A stretch of 64,000 nucleotides of DNA from Monocercomonoides exilis PA203. Lineage: Eukaryota; Protista; Preaxostyla. Of this stretch, positions 29,050 to 40,291 are shown piece after piece. The notes under the pieces were generated by a model that was not told the origin of the DNA, searched no databases, and saw nothing but the letters and a program-made list of their open reading frames with translations. The stretch lies in assembly GCA_001643675.2 (NCBI GenBank), contig LSRY02000003.1, positions 248,001 to 312,000 of the forward strand. The letters run 5' to 3'. The position numbers and the translations under genes are program-made. Every line of letters begins with the position of its first letter. Position 1 is the first letter of the stretch.

Positions 29050-29950
29050 CATTCCCAACCAAATCCATCATCATCGCCAGCTTCTGTGTTTGATGACCAG
29101 CTTCTGGCTGATTTGGATGCAATAGCAGGGTCAGTTGTGTCAAATGCCTTCCACTTGAACGATGAAAACAAAGCAAAAGAAGAAAAGAAGAAGGAAGAGG
29201 AAAGATTGCAGAAGGAGAGAGAAGAGAAGGAGAGGAAGGAGAAAGAGGAAGAGGAGAAGAGGAAGAGGGAAGAGGAAGAGAAGAGGAAGAAAGAAGAAGA
29301 AGAGAAAAGAATATTTGAGGAGAAGCAGCAAAAAGCACGTGAAAGAAAGATTGCAGAAGAGCAGCAAGCAAACGATCCTGTGCTATCAAACCTTTTGGGT
29401 GAGTTTTCAATCAGCAAAAGTTCTTCAACAACAACAACAACATCTTCCTCCTCCTCCTCCTCCTCCTCCTCCTCCTCCTCCTCCTCCTCCTCCTCCTCCT
29501 CCTCCTCCTCCTCCTCCTCATCTCCATCATCATCTTCTTCCTTTTCTTCTTCCTCTTTTCCTTCAAACTATCCATACAGCTCTCCTCCTTCCTTCGGCCC
29601 TTCTCCTTATTGCAATCCAGCTTATCCTCCAAATTCCTATCAGCCTTCTTATCCTCCTTTCTACCCTCCTCCTCCTTATCTTCTTCCGCTTCACGGATTG
29701 CCTCCTTATCTGAATCAAAATTATTATGCGTCACCTCCTCCTTCTTCTGCTACTTCCTCTTCCTCTTCCTCTCCTTCTTCTTCTTCTTCTTCCACTTCTT
29801 CATTAAACACACCAAAGCAAGATCATCAGTTCGATTCACGCACTACAACTCCACCGCCGTCTGTCCCGTCACCTTCTGCTGCTTCCACACACTCCCTCCA
29901 TTCCACCTCATCTGCTGCTTCTCACATCTCTTCTGGAGCAACTTTATCTC

Positions 29951-29990
<40 letters not shown>

Positions 29991-30594
29991 TTCTTCTGTG
30001 TCTTCTTCTCAAATGCCTGTTCAATCACAACAGCAACAGCAACTACAACAGAATCAACATCAGTCATTCAGTCCGTCATCTTCTTCTTCTTCTCCTTCCT
30101 CCACCTCTTCCTCCTCTCATGCATTCTATCCTCCTCCTTCCTCCTCCTCTTCCTATCTTCCCTATCAGCCACCATATAGTTCCTATCCTTCTTATCCTTC
30201 TTATCCTCCTTCATTCGCCCCTTCTGCTACGCCAACGATGATGTACCCTCCTCCACAGGGCTATCAGATGCCTATGGCTCCTTCTGGTTATCCCATTCAA
30301 TACAATCCTGCTTCTTCTTCTTCTTCTTCTGTTTCTGCTCCTCCTCCTCCTTTTTCTATGCAGAATCCTTATCTGCAGTTTAATTATCAGTACAACACTC
30401 AACATACTCCATCTGAGATTGCGCGCCCTGATCAGTCAAGTCAATCTCATTTTGCGTCTTCTTCTTCCTCTTCTTCTTCTTCTTCCTCTGTCAATCTACT
30501 CTCTCATTCGCAAAACAGTCAAAGTGTATCTCAGCGTTCTAATTCAAGCAATGAAAATTCTTCACAAGAAATAGAATGGGGAGATTTCCAATAA
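17218..30594 (+). CDS. Giant DENN-domain protein (Rab GEF family) with a very long low-complexity tail carrying WDDF/FDDF motifs
   Basis: ATG 17218 starts MFKAFFFCGIKDTAPPKPVILF, then an exon with NILNYCFP (uDENN-like). After intron 18070-18170: FEEILACISWMLTQKSLVIISS...HCLIALLSLLSPFRWPH (cDENN-like). ELRDRLYFVFLHLLSFY...FESSRFL is dDENN-like. The last exon 18171-30594 is open for over 4100 codons. Confidence 0.8.
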
Positions 30595-31046
30595 TTTGTT
30601 TATTTGTTCCTTTTTTTAAAGAGAAATTGTTTGTTTTAAATATTGTTTTTTTATTGTTCTATTCTAAAAGCAAATATCACGAAGACTTCAATCTATCTTT
30701 TTTCATTAAAAATAATTCTTATTCGGAAAAAAATTTTAATTCAAATTTCGAATCAGCGATTTGTATTCGAAAATGTTATTTCAAAAACAAAATAAGAACT
30801 TTAATAAATAATTTTTAAAATATGGCAGAAGGAAACAATACACCACAACACAAATCCATCTTCATTGTTTTCTATATGTCAGTATTTGTTGTTTAAAGCA
30901 ATTTCGGTAACTGCCAACTTCGGATTTTGTGAAAAAAAAAAAAAATAAAAATAAAATAAAAAAAAAAAAAAAAAAAAAACAGAATTTATTATTGAACATC
31001 TTTATATTTTTTGGACAAAATGAAAAAGAAAAAAATAAATTTGTCA

Positions 31047-32347
31047 TCATTCATACTCGGATGCATCTGCTCCATTACCCGCTCCAAAAGAATCAGATTC
31101 ATCTTCAGTTTCTTCATCATTTTCATTTGAAACCGGTACGTCACTATCATCAGATTCTTCAGTTTCCTCTTTTTCTGTTTTATCCATTTCTTTTTCAACA
31201 TTTAAGGGCTTATAATCAAGTAATCTTTGAATAATAATTTCAAATTCAAGTGTTTCTGATCTTTTTCCAACAAATCTAGTCACAAAGTCATCAATATATT
31301 TTTCTTTTATCCCATTTTTCGGAAGAGATTTATGAAAACTTGACCAAGTGCTTTCAATCAAATTTGTGCAGATGCCACTTTCTGGATCCACAAAATTGTA
31401 TTTGTAACAAACAGTGTGATGATCATAACCTAAGGATGATAAAGAGCTGAAGGCTTTCCGCTCATCTGAGTAAAAAGAAGATCCAGGAATTGTGTTATCA
31501 ACGATAATTAATATTAATAATTCTTTTTTTCTGTTTTTCACTCTCATAATCAAACATTTTTCTTTCTTTACATCATGTTTTCTTTCAATCATTCCGAATA
31601 ACCATATCTGTTTCTTTCTTCTTTCTTTTCGAAACTTTCTATTTCGTAGAATTGCTTCATCTATTTGTTTAAATTTTTTTGAAAAGTTCCTTTTGTTGAA
31701 TTTTCAAATAAAGAAAATTTTTCATATTTCGATCAAATTTCTGTTCCTACTTACGAAGCTTTTCTTGAATGGATATAATAACATTGTTAAGGCTTTGTTT
31801 TCATAACAGAAAAATTTGGTGTGCGTGAACAGAAATTTGATCGAAAAATGAAATTTTTATTTTCTTTGAAAATTAAATAAAAGGAACTTTTCAAAAAAAT
31901 TTAGACATTTCAACAATAATTCCCGGGCCACCAAGCTTTTCGAAAGATGTTGAACCGTTATCATCCATGCATGTCTATTTCAATGGAATAAAAACCCCCA
32001 ATAGTTTGTCTTGATACATCAGTCAAAAAGCTGCACTGATATATTTCAAAGAAAATACAGATACACAAATATATAATCATTATTTTCTCTAAAGGAATTT
32101 TTGAATTTTTCAAAGGAGTTAATCCCAACAAAGAGCAGTATTTTCCACATTTGAAACACCCGTGATATCTGCAATTATCTCTAGCTTCTGTGGAAATTTT
32201 TTCTCTGCACTTGTGGAATCTGCTGTTCACTGCGAATGGCATATTCCTTATTATCCAATTCCCTGTCGCTTCATTGTCTTGGAACAGTTTTGTTTTTAGA
32301 AAAACATTTGATTTGCGATTTGGAAGGTGAGGCATCAATGTGATCAA
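31047..32347 (-). pseudogene. Merlin (IS1595/ISXO2-like) transposase pseudogene
   Basis: Zn-ribbon-like N-terminus, LGGPGIIVE^IDE, QIWLFGMIER, NTIPGSSFYSD, HHTVCYKYNFVDPESGICTNLIESTWS; frameshift near 31960 and a MITE insertion. Confidence 0.85.
31667..31906. mobile_element. 240-bp MITE with ~80-bp imperfect TIRs and 4-bp ATTT target duplication
   Basis: Left end GTTTAAATTTTTTTGAAAAGTTCCTTTT...TCGATCAAATTTCTGTTC mirrors right end GAACAGAAATTTGATCGA...AAAAGGAACTTTTCAAAAAAATTTAGAC. ATTT occurs at 31663-31666 and 31907-31910. Confidence 0.85.
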
Positions 32348-32933
32348 AATCGATTAATCAAAGAAAAATAATTTATTTTTTTATTATTCAATAAAGATTA
32401 TTCTCAAAAATCAGGAGGTTTGAAATGATAATTCTTTCTTGAAAATGAATAATAAGTAATAATGTTCTGGGAATTAAGGTTTTGAATTGTGGCGGATTGC
32501 TTCCCTCTACCGAGTTAAATCTGATGTGATTCATTTCTACATTTTTCATGAGTGAAAATAATTTTTCATGACATTTGTGCTATGGAATTCATAAAATGTG
32601 TTGTTTGTTTGTTTTTCATAGTTTTCGTGTAAAAGACAAAAAGTTTATATATTATAAATACCCAGAACAAAGCTAATAATTCCAAAAATAATCATATACA
32701 ATGTATTTGATTTTCCAATTTTTAGAAAAGATTTTTTTTTATTATATATTCCAAAAAATCACATTAGAGTCTTTAAAAACATGTTTTTGAATTTTGAGGC
32801 ATAATGTATTTATTCCGTGAAACAAAAATATTTTCATTTCATGATTTTGTTGTTTTTTGTGTCAAAATAAAACTATTAATTTCTATAATTATTCAATGAA
32901 AGGGTTATCATAATAATATTTTTCGATTTTACC

Positions 32934-33828
32934 ATGCCACATAAATTTATGTGTGTTCATTTCGATATCTTCTTTTGTAAGTATTTTTTTAGGAGTAAAA
33001 ATCGAGCGAGAGAAGCTCAAAAAAGAAAGATGAAAGGAGCACAGCAAAAATCTCAAAATCAGGGAAAAAACGAAGGAAAGGTTTTGATATTTTGATTATT
33101 ATTTTCATAAACATGTAGAATGATCTCTATTTTCAATGGAACTGTTGTGTCATAATAGATTTGCTTTTATTGCAGGAAGCCTGGACATTCTTTTGCCAAA
33201 TGCAAACAACGAATCAGGGATCAAGCTGCACAAAAAAGTGAAATCGGAAAAAGTATATGCTTTAATTGCGGAGAAGCTGGGCATTCTATTTATGATTGTC
33301 CTCATCCAAAAAAAGATGGTTTGCCAAAAATTATTGTTTCTATAAGTTTTGGATAAATATGTTTTTAGGAGGTGCTTCGTTTGCAACATGCTTTATTTGC
33401 AAAAAAACTGGTCATTTGAGTAGGGATTGCCCAAATAATGATCATGGTATTTATATTCATGGAGGAGCATGCAAGTTTTGTGGAGAAGTTTGTTCATTTT
33501 GTTTTTTATTCTGAAATTCTTTATAAAATTGGTTAAGAAAACTCATTTGCTTGCAGATTGCCCTCACAGAACACTTCAAAAAGTTAAAGAGCAATCAAAA
33601 ACAAAAGTACCTGTTTATGCTGGAGTTTCACCTCCAAATGTTACAGAAAAATCGGATTTATCATCATCCTCAAAAGATAGCGGCATGAACGTTAGCGGAG
33701 ATGCTGAATTAAATTTGTTTACTGAAGTGGAAGGGGATGACGGAACAACAAAGCTGTTTGATGGAATTAAAATTAAAAGAAAAGGTCCAAAAGATACTAA
33801 TTCACGCAATACAAAACGTAGAAAATGA
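32934..33828 (+). CDS. Multi-exon CCHC zinc-knuckle protein, ZCCHC9-like
   Basis: Four knuckles: CFYCRKPGHSFAKC, CFNCGEAGHSIYDC, FATCFICKKTGHLSRDCPNNDHGIYIHGGAC, CKFCGEKTHLLADCP. Start and exon edges approximate. Confidence 0.75.
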
Positions 33829-33964
33829 AATATTCCTGAAAATTACAAAAATAATTATTGCACTTCACTTCATACATGTTTATTTTTTATTTTTTTCACT
33901 TCAAAAATAAATATTGATAAATCAAATAATTTGATGTGTACCATAATAAGCAATTTGCAAAAGG

Positions 33965-35159
33965 ATGGTCGTTCTTTCATTTTGTTATTTCTTTGTTGTT
34001 ATCTTTGCATGTTCCGAAGTGGAAAGTAGCGCACATACATTTTATGCCCAATTTTCTTCTTTCATGGATAATGCAGGATGGCATTCTGTTGATGTTCCAA
34101 ATCCAAGAAAAAATCCATCGAAAGCAATTCCTGCTGATAAAATTGATGAATACTTAGCTGTTTACAATGCAACTGTATTGCCTGCTTCTTGGATTTGCAA
34201 TCCAGATGGATATATAAGTGCTAGAAATTACAAAGGCGCAAATGATGATATTGACTCTTTCAACAAAGAAACGACAAGTGAGCTCGGGATCGTAGTAATA
34301 AACGTGTGCACTTTTCACTATTGAAATACGTTAATTGTAAACATTTATATTAGAGCATTGATCCAAATGAAAATATCTCTGAATTTGCTCGTAAGGTGTT
34401 TAACAATTGGGAGATTGGAAGCTCAGTTTCAAACAATGGAATTCTTTTTGTATTAAGGTTATTTACCTTATTAATCTTTTTATGAAAAATAGTTAACAAT
34501 ATGTTATTTTTTCCCTGTATTTTAGCGTGAATGACAGATTGATGCAATTTCAGAATGGTGCAGGGGCAAAAGAAATGACTCAAACAGTTATGAGCAATAT
34601 ATTCGATAATGTGAAGCCACTTCTTAGAGATGCGAACTATGATAGAGTATGCATTTTGAGCCATTGAAAATGCATTGGAAATGAAACTCAATTTTAATAA
34701 TTGTTTTTTTTTTAATAACAGGCTGTTACAACTGTAATCGAGGGAGTGAAAAATGCTTTCAAACACCAATCTCCAAACAACAACAACACCAACGGGTTAA
34801 GCACCGTCGGAACAATTTCCATTGTAATTTCAGTCGTATTAGTTGTTGCCTTAGTGCTGTTTATCTTCCTTTGTTGCTGCTGCCCTTGCTGTGCTCCTAT
34901 TCTTGCGTGCTTTTCGTGCGGAAGCCGTTCGTCTGGCTACTATGATCGCCCTGGTTACTATGACCGTCCGGGTTACTACGACCGCCCAGGATACTACGGC
35001 CGTCCAGATCCATTTTACGACCATCCTCCTCACCATGGCTTCCACGAGCATCACAGACATCACGAAAGTTCCCCCGCTGCTCCACGGTCGACCACAACGT
35101 ACAACAGCTTTGGTGGATGCTCAACTGCAGGAGGATCAAGTGCAGGCTCCTCTTGGTAA
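33965..35159 (+). CDS. Multi-exon TPM-domain (YgcG/DUF477-like) membrane protein
   Basis: Signal peptide, VDVPNPR, WICNPDGYIS, ETTSELGIVVINSID, FARKVFNNWEIG...NNGILFVL, a TM helix, and C-terminal SFGG...GGSSAGSSW. Confidence 0.75.
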
Positions 35160-35200
35160 TAATTGCATTAAATGCAGTGTTTTTGAGAATTACAGTTCTA

Positions 35201-35231
<31 letters not shown>

Positions 35232-36080
35232 TTTTTCACATTTTATTTTGTAGTTTTTCTAAAACTACAGTTTTTTGATTGACATTCTGTTAAACTTTGA
35301 TAAGTAATTTTCATGCATTTAAATGCATTGTAATGAATATTTTTATTTTTGACAATATGAGATTCTTTTGATGAACAGTATTGTGGGTTTTTTAATGATT
35401 TTCCAGTTGTTGACTCGGTTTGTATTTTGTACTTCGTTTCTTTGATTGTTTTATATTTTTTTTGTTTTCTATTGTTTGCGAATGTGTGGATATTCTCCAC
35501 GCTTGTATATTTCAGAGCTTTATTGCGCTGACTGCTTTTGTATAATTTATTGTAATCCGAGGTCACACCTTTTTTCCTGTAGTATCTTTTATTGAAATTT
35601 TATTGAATACAAAATATTTTACTACGGAAAAGTTATATTCCTTCTTTGTGAGTCAAATATTTTTAGTAAATTCATTGACTCATTACAATAAGCAAAATGC
35701 ATTTTCCATGCTAAATAATTCGAATAATCGTTTTGTAAGTGCATTTAGTTCGATAAATGTAATGACAATATGGAGAAAAAAATTATGAATTTGAACTGCT
35801 AACAGTTGTTTAACAAAATGAATATTTGAATGTTTCAGAATATGAAATGAATAGAAAATGTGATAAAGCTTTGAATAAATGATGAAATTATTAATTCCTT
35901 CTCAAAGACTCTTTCAAACAATAACTGAAATAGATAAATAAACAGGAAAATTCAATAATGCTCACTGATTTGAAATGGCTTCCTATTGTGTTTAAACAGA
36001 GATTCAATAATTGAACTCTGAAAAGGAATTCGTTTGATTTACTTCTTCTTCTTCTTCTCTTTATTTTTGACTTCCAACAA

Positions 36081-37445
36081 TCAACACGCTTTTTCGTGTA
36101 TATCTCCAGTTGATTGAGAGGGATCTTCCGCTATTGCTTCTTTGCTTGACTCGCTTTTCTCTTTGTTTTCTTCTCTTTTTTCAGAGCTGATAGCATCTTC
36201 GTCTGTTTTCAATGCTTCTTCAGAAATATCTTTTGCTTTCTCCTTTCTGGCTCTTCTCAGCCTGCGGTGCTGCCTCCTTTCCTTCTTTTCGTTTTCAAAG
36301 CTGCTTTCCGCTGAATCGTCAGATTCCTCTCCTTTCTCTAATCTCGCTTTTCTCTTTTCTGCCCTTTCTTTTCTCCGCTGTTCTCTTTGCTTTTCTTTCT
36401 CCTCTTTCCTCTTCTTCCTTCTTTCCTCCTTCTCCTTTTTCTCCTCCATCGCCATCCTCTCAAACACCCCACCAAACATCTTTTTTTCCTTCTCATTTTG
36501 GATCCTAATAAGCGCGTTCGTGTATTCAATCTCTCTCAGAATCGACTTATCATCAGGCGCCAGCAACTTCGCTGCTTCGAAATCTGCTTTCGCTCCATCG
36601 AGATCGCAGCAGCCACGCTTAGCCATGCCTCTTCGAAAATGCGCCTTGGCACTGTTGCCATCAATCTTAACGGCATTGTTTGCTTCTCTAAGCGCCTTTT
36701 GAGGTAAAGGAGGAGAAACCTTCAAATAGCACAACGACATGTTTAGATGATACGCAAGTTTTAGTGGAAGAATCTGTTCCCTGATAGAATTTTTTGCCTT
36801 GAAGGCCGTCCACACATATGTCAATCCTAATTTATAGATTTCTGTTGCTTTGTCCCATTTTCCTTCTTTCACAAATTTTGCTCCTTCCTCTTTCAATTCT
36901 GTTGCTTTTGCAATTTGATCCAAAGTATGCTTTGGTTTTAAAATACAAGAAAGCAATTCTATTGTAAATATCAACGTTGAATCGCCAGGAATTTTTGGTG
37001 GTTTCCCTTCTTTTCCATACGCTAAGAGAGATGATACTTTGAATTCTGAAATTTCTCCAACTTTCATTGTTGCAACTCCAATGTCCCAACCTTTAATAAC
37101 ATCACCTTCACCGAGTCGAAATTTAAACGGAGAATTTATGTCCTGATTTTCATCAAACACTGTTCCATCTTCAAGTTTTCCCGTGAATAAAACCTTCAAG
37201 TTGGAATGTTTTTGGGGGGAAATACCTGTTCCCTCTTTGATAATGCGCTTCACAAGTTTTCCAGAAAGAAGGGGCAATATGTCATACGTTCCATCATCCA
37301 ACAAATGAGGTTCTGGATCCTTATACTCGTCATTTGATTCAGAAGATTCATCGTTTGTATCAAAAATTGTTGTCATAGTAGCAGTAGTTTCATCTGCATC
37401 GTAATCAGTTGCAGTTGACGGAGATTCATATTCATCCTCGCTCAT
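36081..37445 (-). CDS. FKBP-type peptidyl-prolyl isomerase with TPR repeats (FKBP51/52-like)
   Basis: FTGKLEDGTVFD, FRLGEGDVIKGWDIGVATMKVGE, AYGKEGKPPKIPGDSTLIFTIELL, then three TPRs (LKEEG, LNMSLCYLK, KAHFRRG) and EKKMFGGVF. Confidence 0.92.
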   Translation of the reverse strand: MSEDEYESPSTATDYDADETTATMTTIFDTNDESSESNDEYKDPEPHLLDDGTYDILPLLSGKLVKRIIKEGTGISPQKHSNLKVLFTGKLEDGTVFDENQDINSPFKFRLGEGDVIKGWDIGVATMKVGEISEFKVSSLLAYGKEGKPPKIPGDSTLIFTIELLSCILKPKHTLDQIAKATELKEEGAKFVKEGKWDKATEIYKLGLTYVWTAFKAKNSIREQILPLKLAYHLNMSLCYLKVSPPLPQKALREANNAVKIDGNSAKAHFRRGMAKRGCCDLDGAKADFEAAKLLAPDDKSILREIEYTNALIRIQNEKEKKMFGGVFERMAMEEKKEKEERRKKRKEEKEKQREQRRKERAEKRKARLEKGEESDDSAESSFENEKKERRQHRRLRRARKEKAKDISEEALKTDEDAISSEKREENKEKSESSKEAIAEDPSQSTGDIHEKAC

Positions 37446-37778
37446 TAAAATGAAATAATATTTATGAAAATATTACGATAGAGATCAAATTATTTTTATA
37501 ATTCAATTTTTTTTTCTCATCATTATTTTTTTGTATTAGTTGATTATAATGAAAATGTTCGGTCGTAATTTTGACAGAATCTTCAAATAATTAAAAAAAA
37601 AAACGAAATTGATTTTTGAAATAACAAAAGAAAAGAAAATTTTCAATAATTCCAATTTCTTCTTGTTTTTTCACAATATTCATCAAATATAACAATATTT
37701 TAATAGCTTATCTTAAAATTGCTTTATTTATAATTTATAAATATTTTTGTTCTCAAAATTATTATAAGATATGATCAG

Positions 37779-38529
37779 ATGCCCAGACCAATAAAAGGTG
37801 CTCCGAAGCCACCAAAAATACCTAAGTCTAACGACCGTGGAGTTGTATATCTTGGAAGTGTACCACGGGGTTTTGAAGAAACGGAAATGAAGAAGTTCTT
37901 TTCCCAGTTTGGAGAAGTTACACGACTTCGAATATCACGTAATAAAAAGGTTTATACTTATTATTTTTATTTGTTCTTGGAATTATGTTGTCATGATATT
38001 TGTTCCTTGCATGTTTCTATTAATGATCGGCTTTGCTATTATTTTTTGCGTGAATAACTTAAGACTGGAAGAATGAGGCATTATGCTTTCATAGAGTTTG
38101 CCGATGAAAATATTGCTAAAGTTGTTGCACAATCAATGGATCAATACATACTTTATGAACGAATTTTGAAGGCCAAAGTTTGTTCTTTTACGATTTTTCT
38201 TTCAATTTTCATATATATTCTTTTTTTAAATTGGTAAAGTTTGTTCCAAAAGAATTTGTTCATCCAAAACTCTTCTTTCAATGGAAAAAGAAATGGAGAA
38301 AATTGAATAAAAGAGAGATAATGAACAAAAGATTAACCAAAGTTTGTTTTCTTTCATTTTTAGCTATTTATTTCAATATTATTGTGAAACTCAGCCAAAA
38401 ACTGAAAAACAGTTAGAAAAACGAAAATCAAGAATTGCAAATAAAGATAAAAGCAGGGAGAAAAAATTAAAATCTCTTGGATTTACAACAATTATCCAAA
38501 GACCATCAAAGGATTCTCCAAAAAGTTAA
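37779..38529 (+). CDS. Four-exon RRM protein, Nop15/NIFK-like ribosome biogenesis factor
   Basis: GVVYLGSVPRGFEETEMKKFFSQFGEVTRLRISRNKK|TGRMRHYAFIEF...AKVVAQSMDQYILYERIL|...VHPKLF, joined across three GT-AG introns. Confidence 0.85.
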
Positions 38530-39106
38530 AAAAAATTTTTTTTTCCACTTCACTAAAAGCATCTCACTTCATGCGAAGAAACTTCATATTCTTTCCTAAC
38601 ATTTATGCTGTATATTTGCTAAGCAATCTGATAATAAAAAATAATCACTTCGAAGAGTGAAGCTGCTGTTAAACAGTTGAAAATTGTTGAAAAAAACATA
38701 AAAATATCTTGTTGAGTAGGAACACAAACAAACAAACAAAGGGGAAAAAAAAATGAACAAGTGCACACAATATAATTATAATTACTGAAAATCAGTTAAC
38801 ATTAAGTTGATAAAATCTTATAAAACATAATTTGAAACATCCAAACACTTAAACATCAAATGAAAAACCAAAATATCAAAGGCAATAACTTGTATGTTCA
38901 AAATAAGAAATATATACAACTTATGCAAATAACAAAACTTAAAAGCAATTCAATTTGAAATGATAACTCAAGAATTGCTTTTACATTAAAAAATCTAGAG
39001 AAAAAAAAATGATATGAAATGAATTGATAGAATACACTTTGCAATACATAAAATGAAACGGAAGGCGATGCGATTTTGTATGATTTGATATAAAATTTCC
39101 GTTCTA

Positions 39107-40000
39107 TTAAATAATGTTCTGATCATTTTTCCTCTTCTTTCGTGAACAATCGCATGAAAAGCCGAATTGAGAAATTGTACCGGCAACAAAAGCGGTGAAA
39201 CAAATTACAAAATTTTGTATAAATCCTAAATAGTCATTGTTCATTTCTTCGAGAAGCGAAGGAAAACCGTACACATGAATGAAATCAGGCAAATATGTAC
39301 GTAAAACAACATCAGCCATTTGAGGCTCTTCTGTGTTATAAATACTTATCAACTTTTCTGCAACAGAGGAATTTCGAATAAAAATACTTCCAACTTGCGC
39401 AATTGATGAAAGCTCACAATAATTTTGTCTATGAGGCCCAGCACATGAGCATGGAATTGGATCAATGGAGAATATTTCCCAATTAGATGGAAGAGAATGA
39501 ACTGTATTTATTAACGTATCAAATTGAAAATTTTCTAATGAGTCTGGGGAAAATAAAATAAGTGTAATTCCATCTTGACCTTCAGTACGAGTTTTGTCAA
39601 CAATGTTAAAAAACAACTGTAAAAAAGTTTGCCAAGATGATATCAAAGAAAATGCCATATAAATGTGACCAAAATTATGCAAATGTTTTGTAAAATTAAA
39701 TTTTGTTTCAGGATGAAGGTTTGGATTGTAAGAAGGACTCTGTCCATAAGCTGATAAATAAAATAACTTTTCATCAATTGCCGAAAATTTTCGAAAGGGA
39801 ATATTCCGAAAGCTCAAAAGCATTTTTATTTTGTTTGATTGCTTAACGTTAAACGGCTTCTCAACAACTATCACATCTTGCAAATGGTATTGAGTAAGAA
39901 TTTCGCATTGCCTCTGAGTCCAGAGCTCTTTATTACACTGATTATCGCAACTTATCAACTGAAACAACGAAATTATAAAAAATATTATCGATATTAACAT
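39107..40000 (-). CDS. Secreted/membrane-anchored protein, distantly glycosyltransferase family 25-like
   Basis: Signal peptide, IPFRKFSAID, SW...LF, TLILFSPD, LPSNWEIF, MADV and a C-terminal hydrophobic segment. Spacing resembles GT25 but the EDD motif is missing. Confidence 0.45.
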   Translation of the reverse strand: MLISIIFFIISLFQLISCDNQCNKELWTQRQCEILTQYHLQDVIVVEKPFNVKQSNKIKMLLSFRNIPFRKFSAIDEKLFYLSAYGQSPSYNPNLHPETKFNFTKHLHNFGHIYMAFSLISSWQTFLQLFFNIVDKTRTEGQDGITLILFSPDSLENFQFDTLINTVHSLPSNWEIFSIDPIPCSCAGPHRQNYCELSSIAQVGSIFIRNSSVAEKLISIYNTEEPQMADVVLRTYLPDFIHVYGFPSLLEEMNNDYLGFIQNFVICFTAFVAGTISQFGFSCDCSRKKRKNDQNII

Positions 40001-40291
40001 AATTTGTAAATATTAAGACTTCCACAGCAAAAGAAATCTTAAATAACCCATAAATAATTATTCATAAAAATTTTTCTGTGACAAACGATTTATTTTTTTA
40101 AACAAAAACATTTTTTTGATATTTTCCTTTAAATTTCCAATTAATCACGCTTTCAATTTTGAAAATCAGTTAAAAAAACAATTATCCTTGCCCATAATTG
40201 TATTATAAATAATTTGATTGAAAAAAACTTTTCATGCTCATGTCAAAAGCAAAAGAATTAAAAAATACATCAAAAAAATAGTTTCAAAACT

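Noticed and set aside
19007-30405. Dozens of overlapping poly-L/F/K/R/M ORFs
   Set aside because: Shadow frames of GAA/TCT microsatellite-rich coding sequence in the DENN gene.
31667-31906. MITE as a self-removing intron (introner), since it starts GT on the sense strand with AG just downstream
   Set aside because: Splicing to that AG gives GAA ATA TGA, a frameshift and stop, so the frame is not restored.
30900-32520. Candidate Merlin TIRs (CGGTA near 30905, TACCG near 32510)
   Set aside because: Only a 5-bp match and no 8-bp TSD.
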